A stretch of 64,000 bases of DNA from Leucoraja erinacea (taxonomy: Eukaryota). This document shows, piece by piece, positions 27,401 through 42,400 of this stretch (within the stretch, counting starts at the first letter, position 1; each line of letters starts with the position of its first letter). Both the position numbers and the translations under genes were made by a program. The notes beneath the pieces are model-generated. The model was not told where the DNA came from and did no database searches. It worked only from the letters and a program-made list of their open reading frames with translations. The DNA lies in NCBI RefSeq assembly GCF_028641065.1, contig NC_073404.1, positions 22,692,001 through 22,756,000 on the forward strand, given 5' to 3'.

Positions 27401-30400
27401 CATAAAAGCAGCTGCAACATTAAATAAGTAAACAGTTAAAACAGGATTTTGTCAAGTTTGAAGCATTCTTCAGTATAGATCGACATGTACATTACAATCT
27501 GCTCAAATAGAACAGCAACTATATGCATGCTAAAATGTGAAAACCCCGTGCTTCACGAGCGTTAGTGATTGGACAGCTAACTATTAGATCAAAGCTTTGC
27601 AGACCTGCCAATTCTGGATGGAAATACTTTTTTTTTTACAATCCCATCCAATATGGCAGAACTCATTCACACTGCTAAATAGATAAACATTTCTCCCTTA
27701 TCTCAAAGCGCTCACCATTATAGTTGCTAGTCCTCAGAGAATTTAATCCACTCCACTTCATTTAAAGAAACTACTGAGTGCCCTGCATCCATTGAAGGGC
27801 ATGGAACTAACATTATAGCGATAATATGGAAGACGAATGGTCCAGAAATAGCCATAACAGCAACAGTTTGGTCATCTATTCATCAAAATAGGTATTTCTC
27901 AGGTACATCAAATTCACAACAAACAGGACAAATTTGATCTGATATTTGCCACCCTTTTACTCTACACTCAAAGTGATGGAAAAAAATGTTGTTCATGCTA
28001 TCAAACACAAACCCACCATCTGCTATGCTCCAGGACCATTTAGCTTTTGAACACTTTATAGTCAGTTTAAATATGGACAAAAATCTCAAACGGGTTAGCA
28101 GAGAGTGATTGGCATTGACATTAGGAAATTATTCCACAGCATGATAAAAAAGAGATCTCGTAAAATCAAAGTCATTGGGAGTTGAGGGTAAATGTTCCAC
28201 TCACTGGAGTCATTACTACTGTAAAGAAATATGGCTTTTGTATATTGGAAGTCAATTATTTCACCTTCAAAGTAATAACGTTAGAGTTCCTCAAGGTTGT
28301 TCTCTCACCCCAAATAACAACAGTGATCATTTCAATGAATCATCCAGTTAAGACCAGGTGGGTCAATTATTACTGACTGCAATCTTCAATTGTAATTGCA
28401 GCTCCTTAGAGAGTGACTGCATGAAGCAAGACCAAAACAACATTCAGGCACCAGCTGGGATGTGCCAAGTTACATTCACACTAAACAAGCTTCTACCTAA
28501 ACGCAGTGTTTAAGTACCTTCTACACATGAGCAACAGTCAAAGACACTCAACATCACATTTGAGGGCAATTTGAAATAGACGGAAAAGAACATATCCTCA
28601 AGCCACAAATGAAGAAAACACAAATTAAATGAATACAAACAATTACAATTTGTTTATAGGAGAATTGGTACACATTGGTCAATTTAAACAATCATGAAGG
28701 AATTTACATTTAATCTTGTGCCTTCTGATTAAACGGGGAAAACCTTCCTAATTCTACTATCTTCTTAGGCCCCTTCTGTCATGGCTGACCATGGGTGTCT
28801 CCAGAGTACTATTCCCTATATAGAGGACACCTGTGCGTGACTTTGTTTAACGTGGGGAGACTGGTGCACAGCCACCCCCCACGGTCCTCGACTGATCTGG
28901 GTCAGGATCCAGTGGCATGGAGTCCAAGACGACCGGAGCCCCTTTTCCGATGCAGCCGTCATCAACCTTCCCAACCGTTATGACACTCCACTAAGGTCAG
29001 CCATCACCCCCGCCTGTTCAACCGTTGAGGTCTTGTTTGGATTGCTCTTTGTCAGAGACCTCCCCCTCGACCGTACCGCCATGAGTGGCCCTACCAGGAG
29101 CATAGCTCCAGACGGCATCGCTCTTAGGATCTCAAGTCCACACAAGCTTCTCCACCACAAGATGACAATCCATGGAGAATTCTACTATAAACTGCATAAA
29201 TTAGATTACATCCAGTTTTTCCAATCAAAATATTTTATTTTGTAGTTTCCTGCTTAAGTCTAATTTATGTTTGTCCAACTCATTAGTCTACTTTTGTCCT
29301 CTTGAAAATTACTAAATGTTGTATTATCTGAAAACTCATCGTGTTCTGCACATGCATGCCCAAGAAATTAATCTTCAAAAACTAAAGTGGTTCTAAAGTC
29401 AACACTTGGGGAAAATATGTATAGATCGTTTATGTATTCATTCAAGGGCTACTACGTAAGCTGAGCCAGTGTTCAATTAGTTTACATTGGTCTGGGGAAA
29501 ACAATATTGTCCATCACCACCATTCTTCTGTTCATTGACGTTTTTGTATCCAGATGCGTTAATGTGCCTGTAAAAGCTGCAACAAGTAAGAATTTAATTG
29601 TTCTGTTCCTGGTGTATAATGACAATTAAACACTCTCAACTCTTGACTGCCACTATTCCTTTAAGCCGACAGATTTCAAAATCTATTAACAAATCTAAAC
29701 GTTGCTCTCTCTCCGAGTCCGCATACGGAATATAATTTGTACTTCTTTCACAAGCCCTCCCCATTACTCAAAGAACTTATATACAATTTTCTTTTAACAA
29801 ACAGAACCCGACTTTCATTTACTAATCTACATTTCTACAAATGTTCATAAGGTCATAAGGAAAAGGAGTAGAATTAGGCCATTTGGCCCATCAAGTCTAC
29901 TTAGCCATTCAATCATGGCTGATCTATCGCTCCCTCCTAACCCCATTCTCCTACCTTCTCCCCATAACCTCTGACACACGTTGGTGTCAACGGTATTAAC
30001 CAAAAGACAAAATTAAACAAGTTTCTTTATGGCCGTTGCGGGCAAGATTGTGGCGGACTATCCTGGAGTGCTGTTGTTGATATGACAAAGGTACAGCCAC
30101 GGAGCTGTTACACACAAAACTACCAGGGTTTGGCAATGTATTTCCATCAAGATGGAGTGGGCCTTAAAGGGAAACTGGCAGGTGATGTTCTTATGCTCAT
30201 GGTGCGCTTGTTGTTGTGAATGTATGTTGTGGATTAACGAGCTGGCAAAGAAACATATTTCTACCGTCATCTATCTTGCCATTATTTTACTTAACCATCT
30301 TTCAATTATCTTTGAATGGGTGCTGCATTTTAAATTCTCAATATTATCGGAGTGTCAAAGCAAGAGATGATATTGTTGAAAATGGCTGATCAGGTGAAAA

Positions 30401-33400
30401 GAATTGAATCATTAATTGAATGATCAGAGTAATTTCTCCCATAGCAACCAGGCCAGTGGAAACAAAAGTAAAATAATACATTTCTGAAGGACATGATGGA
30501 TTCCTTATTGTCTCCAGCCAATAACAAAGCGGATCTATTTAACTTATTGGTGATATGTACTGAAAAATAAATGGTTCTAAAGATAATTTTGTCTAATAAA
30601 ATTAGATAAAAGTGAAAAATGTTGCCAATTCTTACTTAATAATTTATGGGGTATGCACATGCAATGGAGTTCTCTAATAAAAGTCATATTATTAGAATGT
30701 TTCTACGAACATACCACCTGAGATACAGATGCCAATCCAAACTATAATTTGCATTGTGATCTTGCTACATTAGATGGATTAAGTAGAAAACATTTGAGAG
30801 TGTATTTTCTTTTATGCTGTACCTGTAAACATACTTTGCTGTACACTCATTCAATGAGCAAAAACATTTAAATTTACAGTTTACATTTATAAAACAATTA
30901 TAAATTCCATTCAAGCTAGTTAAACATATAATGGAGAAGGGATTAGAGAATAATGCTGATGCAGAAAAGAAGCCAAACTCAAAAGTAAAGTTTAAACACT
31001 ATTGTGAACCACAAAAAATGGCATATTGTTGTACTATGGGAAGCAGTTGCTTCCATATTTATTAAAATATTTTTTATTTTGCACGCTGATCATTATCGCA
31101 CCACAATAATCTGGAAGATTTACGGGGATATTACCAGGACTCGAGGGCCTGAGCTATAGGGAGAATTTATTCCTTGGCGGGCAGGAAGATGGGGATCATA
31201 ATGAGGTGTATAAGATCATGATGGGGATAGATAGGGTAGATGCACAGAGTCTTTTACCAAGAGTAGAGGAATCAAGTACTGGAGGACATAGGTTTAAAGT
31301 GAAAGGGGAAAGATTTAATTGGTACCTGAGGGGCAACTTTTTCCACAAAGAGGGGGTGAGTATGTGGAACAAGCTGCCAGAGGAGGTTTGACAGGTACAT
31401 GGATAGGAAAGATTTAGAGGGATATGGGCCGAGCAAGGTGGCTGGGACTAGTGTAGATGGGGCATCTTGGTCTGCGTGAAATTGGGCCGAAAGACCTGTT
31501 TCCATGCTGAATTTCCAGTGCAGGCGAATAACATCAACAATTAATAAACATTTGGTGATGGATGGCAAGTTTAATATTCAGCATTTTTATCCAATGAGCC
31601 TTAAAATAAGCAATGGGGACAATAGAATGTCTAAAATCAATGCAAAGAAAGAAAGGAAAAAATGGAGTCGAATCAGAGGAGGAATTTGGGAGGTGGGTGA
31701 AAGATAGAATGTTGAAAAAGGGTGCAGAAAATAATTATCTGCAAGTGTAGAAAGACAGAAGGAAAAAAGTGGTCCAAAAGCCCTTTCACTTGCCACATGA
31801 TCACAACATAGTAAAAGGTTGAAAGACTAACACTTTTCAATGTTGATAAATCCATTATTACATCTCATATTATTTAAGTATTCTATACCTACTCCATCAA
31901 ACTAATTTACTGAGGAGGAGTGTGTTGCCAAGAACAAATTAGTATCTGCATGAATGAAATTATAGTTTCAACTGTTCCCTTTCTGATTTAGAATTACCCC
32001 AACATTTGTCAGTGTGTTTAATTTCTATGTATTATGCAAAGACCGTAATTGCTTAACATTTATAGCTCATTCAAGCTGTCAGTATTATGAGTCTAATAAT
32101 AAAGCAGTATAATTAATTATCTTTTCCTCTTTACCTGATACTTAGAATTTGAACATAATTAATAACTTGCCCAAATTTGCCATCATTTATCCAGCCATTA
32201 TCTCGACACTTTCAAAAATATGGAAATTGGCAAAACTAGAAAATAGATACTCCAGAATTAAGTTCTTTAAAAAGTTTTAAGTTCTTAACAATTCAAATTA
32301 CCTAATTACTCTTAGCTACCTATGTGGATCTCAATAACTTTACATAGTCACTTCAAAAATAGCTTTGTACTTCAGTAGCATGAGAGAGCTAAAGAATGTT
32401 TCACATAATAGTGGCTGACTCAACCCTCCAGTCTGAAGAAGAGTCTCGACCCGAAAAGTCGGCGTTTCATTTTCTCCAAAGATGCTGCTTGACCTGCTGA
32501 GTTACTCCAGCATTTTGTGTCTTTCATCAGTGTAAATCAGCATCTGCAGTTCCTTCCTACTTAAATAATGCTTTAACTAATTAAAATCTCAAACTGTACA
32601 GAGGAAAAAGCAAAAATAGGAAAATCAGAGAAGGAAACTAGTCAGTCCCTGAAACCTGCACTGGTGCTATAACAAAATCTCTTCAAGGATACATGTAATT
32701 CTCTATCAGGTTATTAATTGAACTAAGCCATCCAAGTAATACCACAGGAGAAGTGTAAGAAATAGTACTGTTTACAATGTGGTAGCTATTACGAGTGAAT
32801 TAAACATGGAACCAGAGAGAACAGCCTTTTGTCAAAGAACAATTGAGGTTTCAGACAGAATACATTTGTTGTAATGGATGAGGATGGGTACTGTTTCACG
32901 ACTCATCACATAGAATCTCATTTGTTAGTTTTCCCACTGTGGTCTTTATAGTGTGGATAGGATGAAAAGTATCCTGAAATGTTTAGGTGGTAGTGAGCAT
33001 GGAATTGGAGAAAATTCGTAAATCTTAAAGGTAAATGCAAGGATAGATATTTAGCAGATGGAAAGTTGCAGGAATTGACCACGGACTCTTTCAGAATGCA
33101 GGCAAAATGTCTGAGGACTCTAGTAACAATGCACATGCAAAAACACTTGTTAATAATATCAGCTATTTTGAAAAGTAAAATATATTAGAATATCCAACAA
33201 TGACTCCAAATTAAAGGATCACAATTACTGTTTTTTCAATCCATTATTGCCAAATAACTTCACAATGCAAATTTCAGGGTAAATTGTACATGAGCAGTAG
33301 TATGCCACTCACCAGTTATTACCCCATTCAATCATTGTTCCTGGCTGGAAAAATCATACCAATATTAAAACAATATTAAAATTCCATTTACAAATATAAT

Positions 33401-36400
33401 GCAACAGGACCTCAGTATTTTAGTGATTTTTTTTAAAGACTATACAAGTTTAAGGTGACGAATTTATGTAAACTAAGGTATAATACAAGCTACATCTACT
33501 AAAATGTAAAGTGAAGCACAGATGATCCAATTAAGATATTTTCCTCATATTGTTAACTCATTTAGTCTTGACATCATAATTTCAAGGCAAAAAACGGGCT
33601 GATGGCTTGTACAATTGTGTACAGGTTGCATAAAGCAAGGATAATATAGTGGGGAGGTACACTTCCATTCAGTACCAAAGAATATCACAATGGAACACCT
33701 GACAGGCAAGTTTAGGTAGCCTAAGAATTGTGACAAATTTCTTTGTATGAAATTTCATATGCTCATAAGGCTTGCCTTGTGCTCAAAATAGCACATGACA
33801 ACTTTGTGATTTGGCACTGCAGGAGTGCAGAAAGAGACCAATAGGCCTGTTGTGCCTTACATCAGGCTCAATTATGTGTCTATACTGCTTTCCCAATAGG
33901 CTTGTATTTTCTTCAAATACGTTCAGAAAATCAAATATCATTGGTAAAACTGATATCATCACCTGCTCCAATAAACAGAGCAGAATTAGGCTGGAGTGCA
34001 ATCATTTAAAAAAAAAACAGAATAAAGTGTAATCTTGAAGAAAAAAAAACAGAATTAAGTGCACACTTGAAGCAGAGTGGGGAATGATCCAAGAAATAAA
34101 ACATTAAAAGTGGCAAACAGTTTGCTGCAGTTGGTAGGTTTCGGGTTGCTGGTCATTTAATAGCTGTTATTGGGAATCAATAAAATCTGAAAAACTTGTA
34201 TTTCAAGTGTATTCAAGGGTTTATTTATCAGCATGCATCAAATTATTCTTTAATGCTTTGCATGTTCTATGACAATCAACTAAAGCAGGAATATTTTTCA
34301 GTTTTGGTCAATTATAATATTCTTCAATGATTCAGAGGGTTCTATTGCAATTATAACTATAGAAAACACATGTTCCTTACCCTGAGCTGGTACGATCTGA
34401 GCTCGTAAATATTGGGCCCTGACCTGGGCATAGGCTCATTCCAGAAACTGAATTCTAAAAGCAACTGGTTTTTCCGAGAAAGTAGCATTTTTCCCCTTTC
34501 CTTCCTAAACTCCATGAACTCCTGCAAAATAAAGTCTTAAATTTCACTAGTAGCAAAGTTGAAAGTTCACACATAGCTTAAATCACAACATAGGAAAAAA
34601 TGAGTATCTGTTGGGAGTATAGTCATGTCTGTGATACCAGGCCTGGCTCTGAGGCATAGCATGGTAGGGTGTGACACTAGGCCTGACTTTGAGGCACAGT
34701 CGAGTAGAATATGGCACCAGGCCTAGCTCCGAGGTACAGTCGGGTAGGGTGTGGCATCAGGCCTGGCTCTGAAGCACAATAGAGTAAGATGTGGTACTAG
34801 GCCTGGCTCTGAGCGATAGTGGAGTATGGTATGGCTTCAAATCTGGCTCTGATGCACAAACAGTTCAAGTGAAATCATATAGGGCTATAGTGATAGGAGA
34901 CTCATTAGTTAGGGAAACATACAAACATCTGGCAGCAAACGGGACCCCACAATGGTGTGTGCCCTTCCTGGTGCCATGGTCATGGATGTTTCGGAGTGGT
35001 TGCAGTACATTCTCAAGAGGAATGATGAACAGCCAGAAGTGGTTGCGCACGTTGGCACAAATAACATAACTAGGAAAAGGGATGTGGTACTACATAGTGA
35101 ATATAGGTAGTTAGGCAAAAAGGTTAAAAAGCAGAACGTCAAGGGTAGTGATTTTCGGATTTCTCCCAGTGCCGTATGCTAGTGAGGATAGGAGTAAGCA
35201 GATGGGACAGATTAATGCGTGGCTGAGGAGTTGGTGCAACGGGCACTGTTTCAGTTCTTTGGATCATTGGGATCTCTTCTCTGAACCTTTGCCTTCTGCA
35301 CCAATACCCTCAATCGGGGTATCGAGTATAGAAGTTGGCATGTAATCTACAGTTGTAGAAGATATATGTGAGGCTTCAATTTTAGTATTGTGTTCAATTT
35401 TGGTCCCCCGCTATAGGAAAGATGCCAATAAGCAGAAAAGAGTTCCGAGAATCTTTGGAGGACGTTGTCAGGATTAGAGGCCCTGAGCTGTAGGGGAACG
35501 TTGGACAGGTTAGGACTTCATTCCTAGGAATACATGAGGCTCAGAATCATGTCACTACATTGTGAACAATATCAATTCAAGTTGTTACTGTGTACTAAAG
35601 CACTCTACTACATCTGAAATTGTCATTGTTGAAATCACAATCTCTAATGGGCAAGGGAAATAGATTGAAGTCAACACTAATCAGTGTCCCGAATAAACTA
35701 TCATTTTTTTTTACAGAAATCAGGCTAATTTGTTTTGACTTAAGTATGTTCTGCAAATGGAAGAAATCTAACAATGAACAAAAACAAGAGCTGGGTTTTC
35801 TGATGTTTCTTCCTGGAACAACATATTGGATTATATGCTAAGTTTTCCACTTTAAAAAAGGATGAAACATTGTTACACGAAAAAAAAAGTTCTAAAACCT
35901 TTCTCCCAAATCTATTCTATAAGTCTATTCTGGTAAATTTAAGATAGAAAAATAGATACTGCTAGAAATACTCATCATGTCATGCAGCATCAATGGAAAG
36001 AGAAACAGTTATTGTTTTAGATCAAAGATCCTTTCTCAAAAACTGGTTCTCTCTCACATACTCTGAATGTTTCCAGTATTTTCAGTTTTATGCAGTTTTT
36101 TAAATTTTCTTCTGGTAAATAGAGCAGATGTTTAAATACATAATGTTGCAAGTTTTACAATATATAGTGGTTTTTCTTTACTGTGTTATAAACAAATATT
36201 TTCAACCCCTACCTTATTTTGTCTCAGTTTATTCATCACTTCTGTAAGCGTAGGGTAGCCTCCACTGTACTTCCAGAGGTGGACTGAAAGAGACAAATCG
36301 GATAAGAGAATAGTATTTCAAATTTGACATTCTCTGTATCATGAACATTGTAGCTAATGAAAATGCTGGATGGACAAAATGTTTTTTTTGTAGATATTGC

Positions 36401-39400
36401 CAACAAAGCAAAGTTTTTATCTGACTATCATTTCTGGCTAGAGCACAACTGAATTAAAGTTAATAATTAGGTGGACCAATACCACCTGTAAGAAAGAGTC
36501 TAAGATTAAGTTAATTTTAAGCGATTAAAAATAATTTGCTGATTGTATCTATAAATGGTATATATAGACATAATCAGGCACAAAATTGGTTTTATAAATC
36601 ACAGATTTATTGCAACCCACAAAACACAAGTTGGCATAAAGATTTTAAGACTAGTGATATGCTTCTGTAATAAGTAACACTTAAGGGAAAATAAAGCATT
36701 CAAAATCAATACTACACTTTATACAGATAAAGTAAATGCTCTTGTCATGTTTATGTTTAATTAGATGTAAAAATTGGAAAATAAATAAACCAGTTTTGTC
36801 ATCACAAAATGAGATCCACAAAAAAAAAATCATATTCCTAATATATGATTGATGCCACATAAAACATTCTTACCAGCTTGATCTTGCTCTCCGTACCACG
36901 TGTTCCACGTCCCAACAAGTTCACATGGATAGTTCTCATCTTTGTGAATTTGTGGTAGTATATCTATGCTGCAAAGAACAAAGAATTTCAAACATTTTGC
37001 ATCCTCTGCAATTTTCTAATATTTTTGTATTTCTGGGTCATAGATCTGGCGTCTAAACTATTGATATGTGCTTCAGAATTTTACATAACACAAAATAGGT
37101 AAAAGAAAAAGTTGAACATACATAAGTCTTTAAGCAGTACATCAGCAGATCTGTTTAATCACGTGCACATATCAAACACACCTACAATCCCTAATTCTAA
37201 TCCATTGTCCCAATTTAATTCTCAACACCTGAACAAAATCTATTTTCTACATTTCTATTTAAACACAAATGTACCAAAATAGTAATTGCATGCAAGTTTG
37301 CTATTGCTTGAAAAGTAACTTTTTATTGGTTGCATGACTGAAGGTTGGGGAATATTTTTGTAGATATATTTTAGGTAACTAATAATCACTGTAACATATT
37401 TAAAAATGCTGCCTCAAAGTTTTTATTTTGAGGCAGCATTTTCTCAATTTGCTGAGATTTTTATTTTATTTTATTTTCACTATTTTCTCTCTCAACTTTC
37501 TTCATTTACTCGTTTTCTTTCTTCACACACTATATATTTCACATCTTTCTATCCTTTACTATCTAACTTCTTTTTCTTATTCTCATCTTTTTTCAATGTA
37601 ACAAAAAAAAAAGAAGTTGTACATAAAATGTATTATGAAAATATATATTAGGCACTTTGGTGCCATATGACTGTGCTTACTTCTAATAAAATAAAATATA
37701 AAAAAAAGTTTTTATTTCGTTTTCAATTGTATTAGGGAATTACACATGGAATCTGGCACTTTTACATTCTGTTCGAAACATTTATATGATGTTGGTATTT
37801 ATTTCACAGAATATTGACCAACTATCCAGAGTGCTGAAACTCTAATGGCATGGCAGTATACATTTCCAATTGCCACTAGAGGTTGGCATTTTTAATAGCT
37901 GCAAGTGATGCTACGCAAAATGACATTATATTAAATTAAGTTTAACAGGCAATGATATGCCTGTTAGTTATTATTTTTATTTTTTATGGTGCGATTTGAT
38001 GGGCTTTTTACGATTCAACAAATCAAGGGATGGGCTGAAGAAAAATAAACTGACTTCAAAAAGGATAGAGTGAAATAAAAAGAACAAGGAAATGTTAAAA
38101 AGAGTAAGAAATAAAACAATTTGTAAATACATTTAACATTTCCACATTCATAATGCAGCAGATGTCTGGTCACTAATTTTTAATGTGGTGAAACAGTATT
38201 ATATCATTAAAACTATATTTTGGAGAAGAATATAGGGTCATAGAGTTATACAGCGTGGAAACAGTTCCTTTGGGTCAACTTGCCCGCACCAGCCAACATA
38301 TCCCAGCTACACTCGTCCCACCTACCTGAGTTTGGTCCATATCCCTCCAAACCTGTCCTATCCATGTACTTAAACGTCATTAACTGTTTCTTAAACGTCA
38401 GGATAGTCCCAGCCTCAACTACCTCCTCGGACAGCTTGTACACCCACCACCCTTTGTGTGAAAATGTTACCCCCTCAGATTTCTATTAAATCTTTTCCCC
38501 TTCACCTTAAACCTATGAACTCTGGTCCTCAATTCACCTGGACAAGATACTCTGTACAACAACCCGATCTATTCCTCTCATGACTTTATACACCTCAGAT
38601 CACCCCTCATCCTCCTGAGCTCGAAGGAATAGAGTCCCAGCCTGCTCAACCTCTCCTTATAGCTCAGATCCTCCAGTCCTGGCAACATCCTACTTGGGAT
38701 CTGTTAAATTTATTGACACAAAGGTGCATGTGATACTACAAAAGATATTTTCAAATGATAAACATAAGCTTTTTCTATATTTTTGGGTTTTGTATTAGAA
38801 GATGTTGCAGTAGCTCAGCGGGTCAGGCAGCATCACTGGCGAACACAAGTAGGCAACGTTTCAGGTCGGGACTCTTTTTTGGACAGTGCTCCCTTTCTTC
38901 TTAATGATGTTCCAAACAGTTGATTTTGGTAAGCCTAAGGTTTGGCTGATGTCTCTAACAGTTTTATTCTTGTTTCTCACTCATAATGACATTTGACTTT
39001 CATTGGCACAACTTTGATCCTCATGTTGATAAACAGCAATAAAAGTTTCCAAAGGTGATGGAAAGACTGGAGGAAAGACTAGGTGCTGAGAGCTCTCTTA
39101 TACCTGCATTAAGGAGACAATTAAACACACCTGAGCAATTACAAATGCCTGTGACGCCATGTGTCCCAAACATTGTGGTGCCCTGAAATGGGGGGGACTA
39201 TGTATAAACACTGCTGTAATTTATACATGGTGAAACTAAAATGTATAAAAAATGGCCTTTAATAAAATCTGACAATGTGGATTTTAACCACGTGTGATTT
39301 TTTTCTATTACAAATCCAAAATTGTGGAGTACAGAGGCAAATAAATAAATGACGGATCTTTGTCCCAAACATTATGGAGGACACTGTAGAAGAACAGTAA

Positions 39401-42400
39401 AATGAGAAATAGAAGCACTCCAGATAATCAAATTATGATTCTTTAACCAACAAAAACAGAAAAGATTGGACATTTTCTTAATCTTACCAAAGTTGGTTGT
39501 AAGCCTCCAGGGATTCTGGTTTTACACTGTGAACTGGAAAGAAAATATTTTAAATTATTTTAAATTATTCTTGAAATATAATAAATACACCCCTCAGCAG
39601 ATTAGAAAACACTTTGAATACTTACATTGAATTTTGTATAGGCTGCTTGTTTCCTTTTTAGCTAGCAAATTTGAATGAGCATCCTTACGTGGATCCACCT
39701 TTCTGACAAACAGTGATTTAAACCAGCTATCCTCCCTGTTGTTGAATGATGTAGCAGACAATGCCCTGCACAAAAACATGAATAATTACATTCCATGCTT
39801 TCTCCACCCAGAACAGTATGCCTTGCATGACTAAATACATCACCACTTATTCATAATCCTTTGGCACATCTTTGAACATGTTACTTTGTTCAATCGGTAT
39901 TCAATATTCTTGTTCTCTATTGCTGACCCAAATGCAGTGAAAACTTGCTCAATTAAGTATGGTCAACTCTTTCCTTCCCTAGCCTCTGTACTGTGGTTTC
40001 AGTCAAGGTGATTTTCACCTCAATCTCACCTCATCTTGCGCTTTATCACATGTTGGCTGCCATTCTATTCTCTGTGATTAACACACCCATATCCATGGTC
40101 ACCTACTTGGCTTTGCCATACCCTATGACTTCAGTACTTCTGTCACCTAAACATCACAGCCATTTCTGATGTATCTTCCCCACAAACCCTTTCCAATTTG
40201 TTTCTCAGCCTGCTCCTAAAGCCATACCACTCCCAATTGATTTGAAGTACACGTTTTAAAAATCTCAGCTGTTATGCCTTTGGTCCTCCATTCCCCCACA
40301 TCATATCTGAACAGATAACCAGAACTTTGTATTCCTTTTTTAATGCCCGAGGGCCCATTGTAATTATATTTTTTTCTCCCCTGATGCAGTCTTCATGTCC
40401 GGTCTCTTAAGTCCTAGAGTTGCAAATCAGGTTGGATATGCAAGACAACTAGTTTTGCAACTCAATGTCAGGTTTGATGAATCCCATAAAGTACCGTTAC
40501 GTTTTGACCTCAACTGCTCACTTCTTTGTTCAACAATGAATACACCAGAAGTGTGGCTTTTTTGCTGGCTTGCAAATTAGCTTCTTAAATTGCTCTTCCA
40601 TTCTGCTATTTGCAATCCTCCAATTCTGCACTTTCCTTTTTTCCCTTCACCCAAACAAATGGTGCATCTCAATCACCTAGTCAATCCATGTTCTAACAAC
40701 TCACATCTTTCTCTAGCCTTGTTCTAATCTTCCATCATGTCCATACAAAGACCTCATGTCATAAGATTCCCCTTCTTCGCCCTATGTTTACCAAATTGCT
40801 ACCCATCCAGTTTCTTTGCCCGAGCTTCATGTTAGTTAATAATGTTAGTAATGCTCTCCCATCAGGTGCTGTTCCCCCTCCCTCACTCCTTAACATATAG
40901 TCGTCATCCCTCCGTATAGAAAACACAATTTCAGTTCTTTCCAAATACAATCCATCTTCTCCACTGGAGAAAGTTTTCACATTGTCATTGCTGCAATACA
41001 GTTCCCATCAAAACCAGCCGTGACATCATAGGATTGCAAAAAATATTCATTTGTGTATGCTGACAGTGTGTTTTACCCATCTACCAATACCCTTGACCTA
41101 TTCAATGTCTCCAGTCATCAGTATATTTGCCGGACATTAAACACCATACTAGCACGCTTCCTTCAACTAATATAAAGCCCAAAGCCACGCATTCCTCCAG
41201 CAATTTTCTTAAAATAAACCTCAATGTCTAGGAACGTGGAGTAATATCTAATTTGTGCTTCAGAGCAGATATCCGTCATAAAAGTGAATATTTTAATTTC
41301 TGTAATACCATCCAATTCCACCGCTGCCTCTGCTCATCCTGTCATGTCTTTGACTATTGATTTGACTATTCCAAAGCATTCCTGGTCAGCTCTTTTCATT
41401 AAATCCTTGTCAAGGTTCTGTTCTTAAGACGCTGACACATACTTTCCATTTGCCCATCACTTTGTGCTTGATGAGTTACATTAATTCCCAAATCAGTTTT
41501 AAAATTCTCATCCACATTTTCAAATCTCTCTGTGGCCTCCACTCCCTGTTTTTTTCTTGTCCTATAATCTTTAGATATCGGTAATTCTTTCATTGGTAAC
41601 ACTTTCTTATTTGATCCTCTAAGACCCTATGCAATCTCCCAACCCTAAATCTACCAGTTTTATTTTTAAATCTCTTTCATTCTTTACAATCATTCCACCA
41701 GGGTTTTAGACATCTATCCCAATGTGTGGCTATATTTAAATGTGTTTTGTTAATGCTCCTGTGCTGAACAAAAGATACGGTTTTATGTGACAATGTCCTG
41801 GAAAGGTGGGAACGAAGGAAATAGGTAGGGAACTGAAATCAATGTAAAATAAGTGATTAAAATTCAGAAAAAAACAAATGCAGGCTAGGATACGTGGCAT
41901 TTGATGTGGTCATGTGTAAAGCTGTGTTATACAGGACACAAGAAGAATTTAAGGGGTACGAGTAGATGAACAATTTAATCAAATAGAACACCAGGAAAGA
42001 TAACTTGCACAAGGTACTGGTCTAAAAGCATGTCAATAAAAGACATGAAAGATTCACAGGATTATTTTGACGAACAGGAGGGAGGTCGGCCTAGATCTAA
42101 GTCAATAAATATCCTTTAATTCAGTGAAAATGGTCACCTGGTCAATTACCATAATGTTATTACTTCTGTGCATTTCTGAAATCATAACAGTGATTGTACC
42201 TCTAGGATCTTTGGTCAGCACTGTAAGCGCTTTGTGACATCAAAACCATGAAAAGGGGCGTGTAAATGCATATCTTTAAGATTCAACACCGAAAATAGAC
42301 AATATACGACTTAAAGGTTATCTGAGATTTAATGTTTACAATTTTCCTATTGTCTAATCCATCAAACATCTTCACTGCAGATGTAAAACACCGTTTAAAT

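Noticed and set aside
34633-34860. CRISPR-like regular repeats
   Set aside because: Eukaryotic DNA; whole 40-bp units are homologous, with no unique spacers and no cas genes.
42199-42221. Lone cctctaggatctttg, resembling a right end of the CAAAGAT family
   Set aside because: No left end or matching 8-bp TSD was found nearby, so it was not counted as a footprint.
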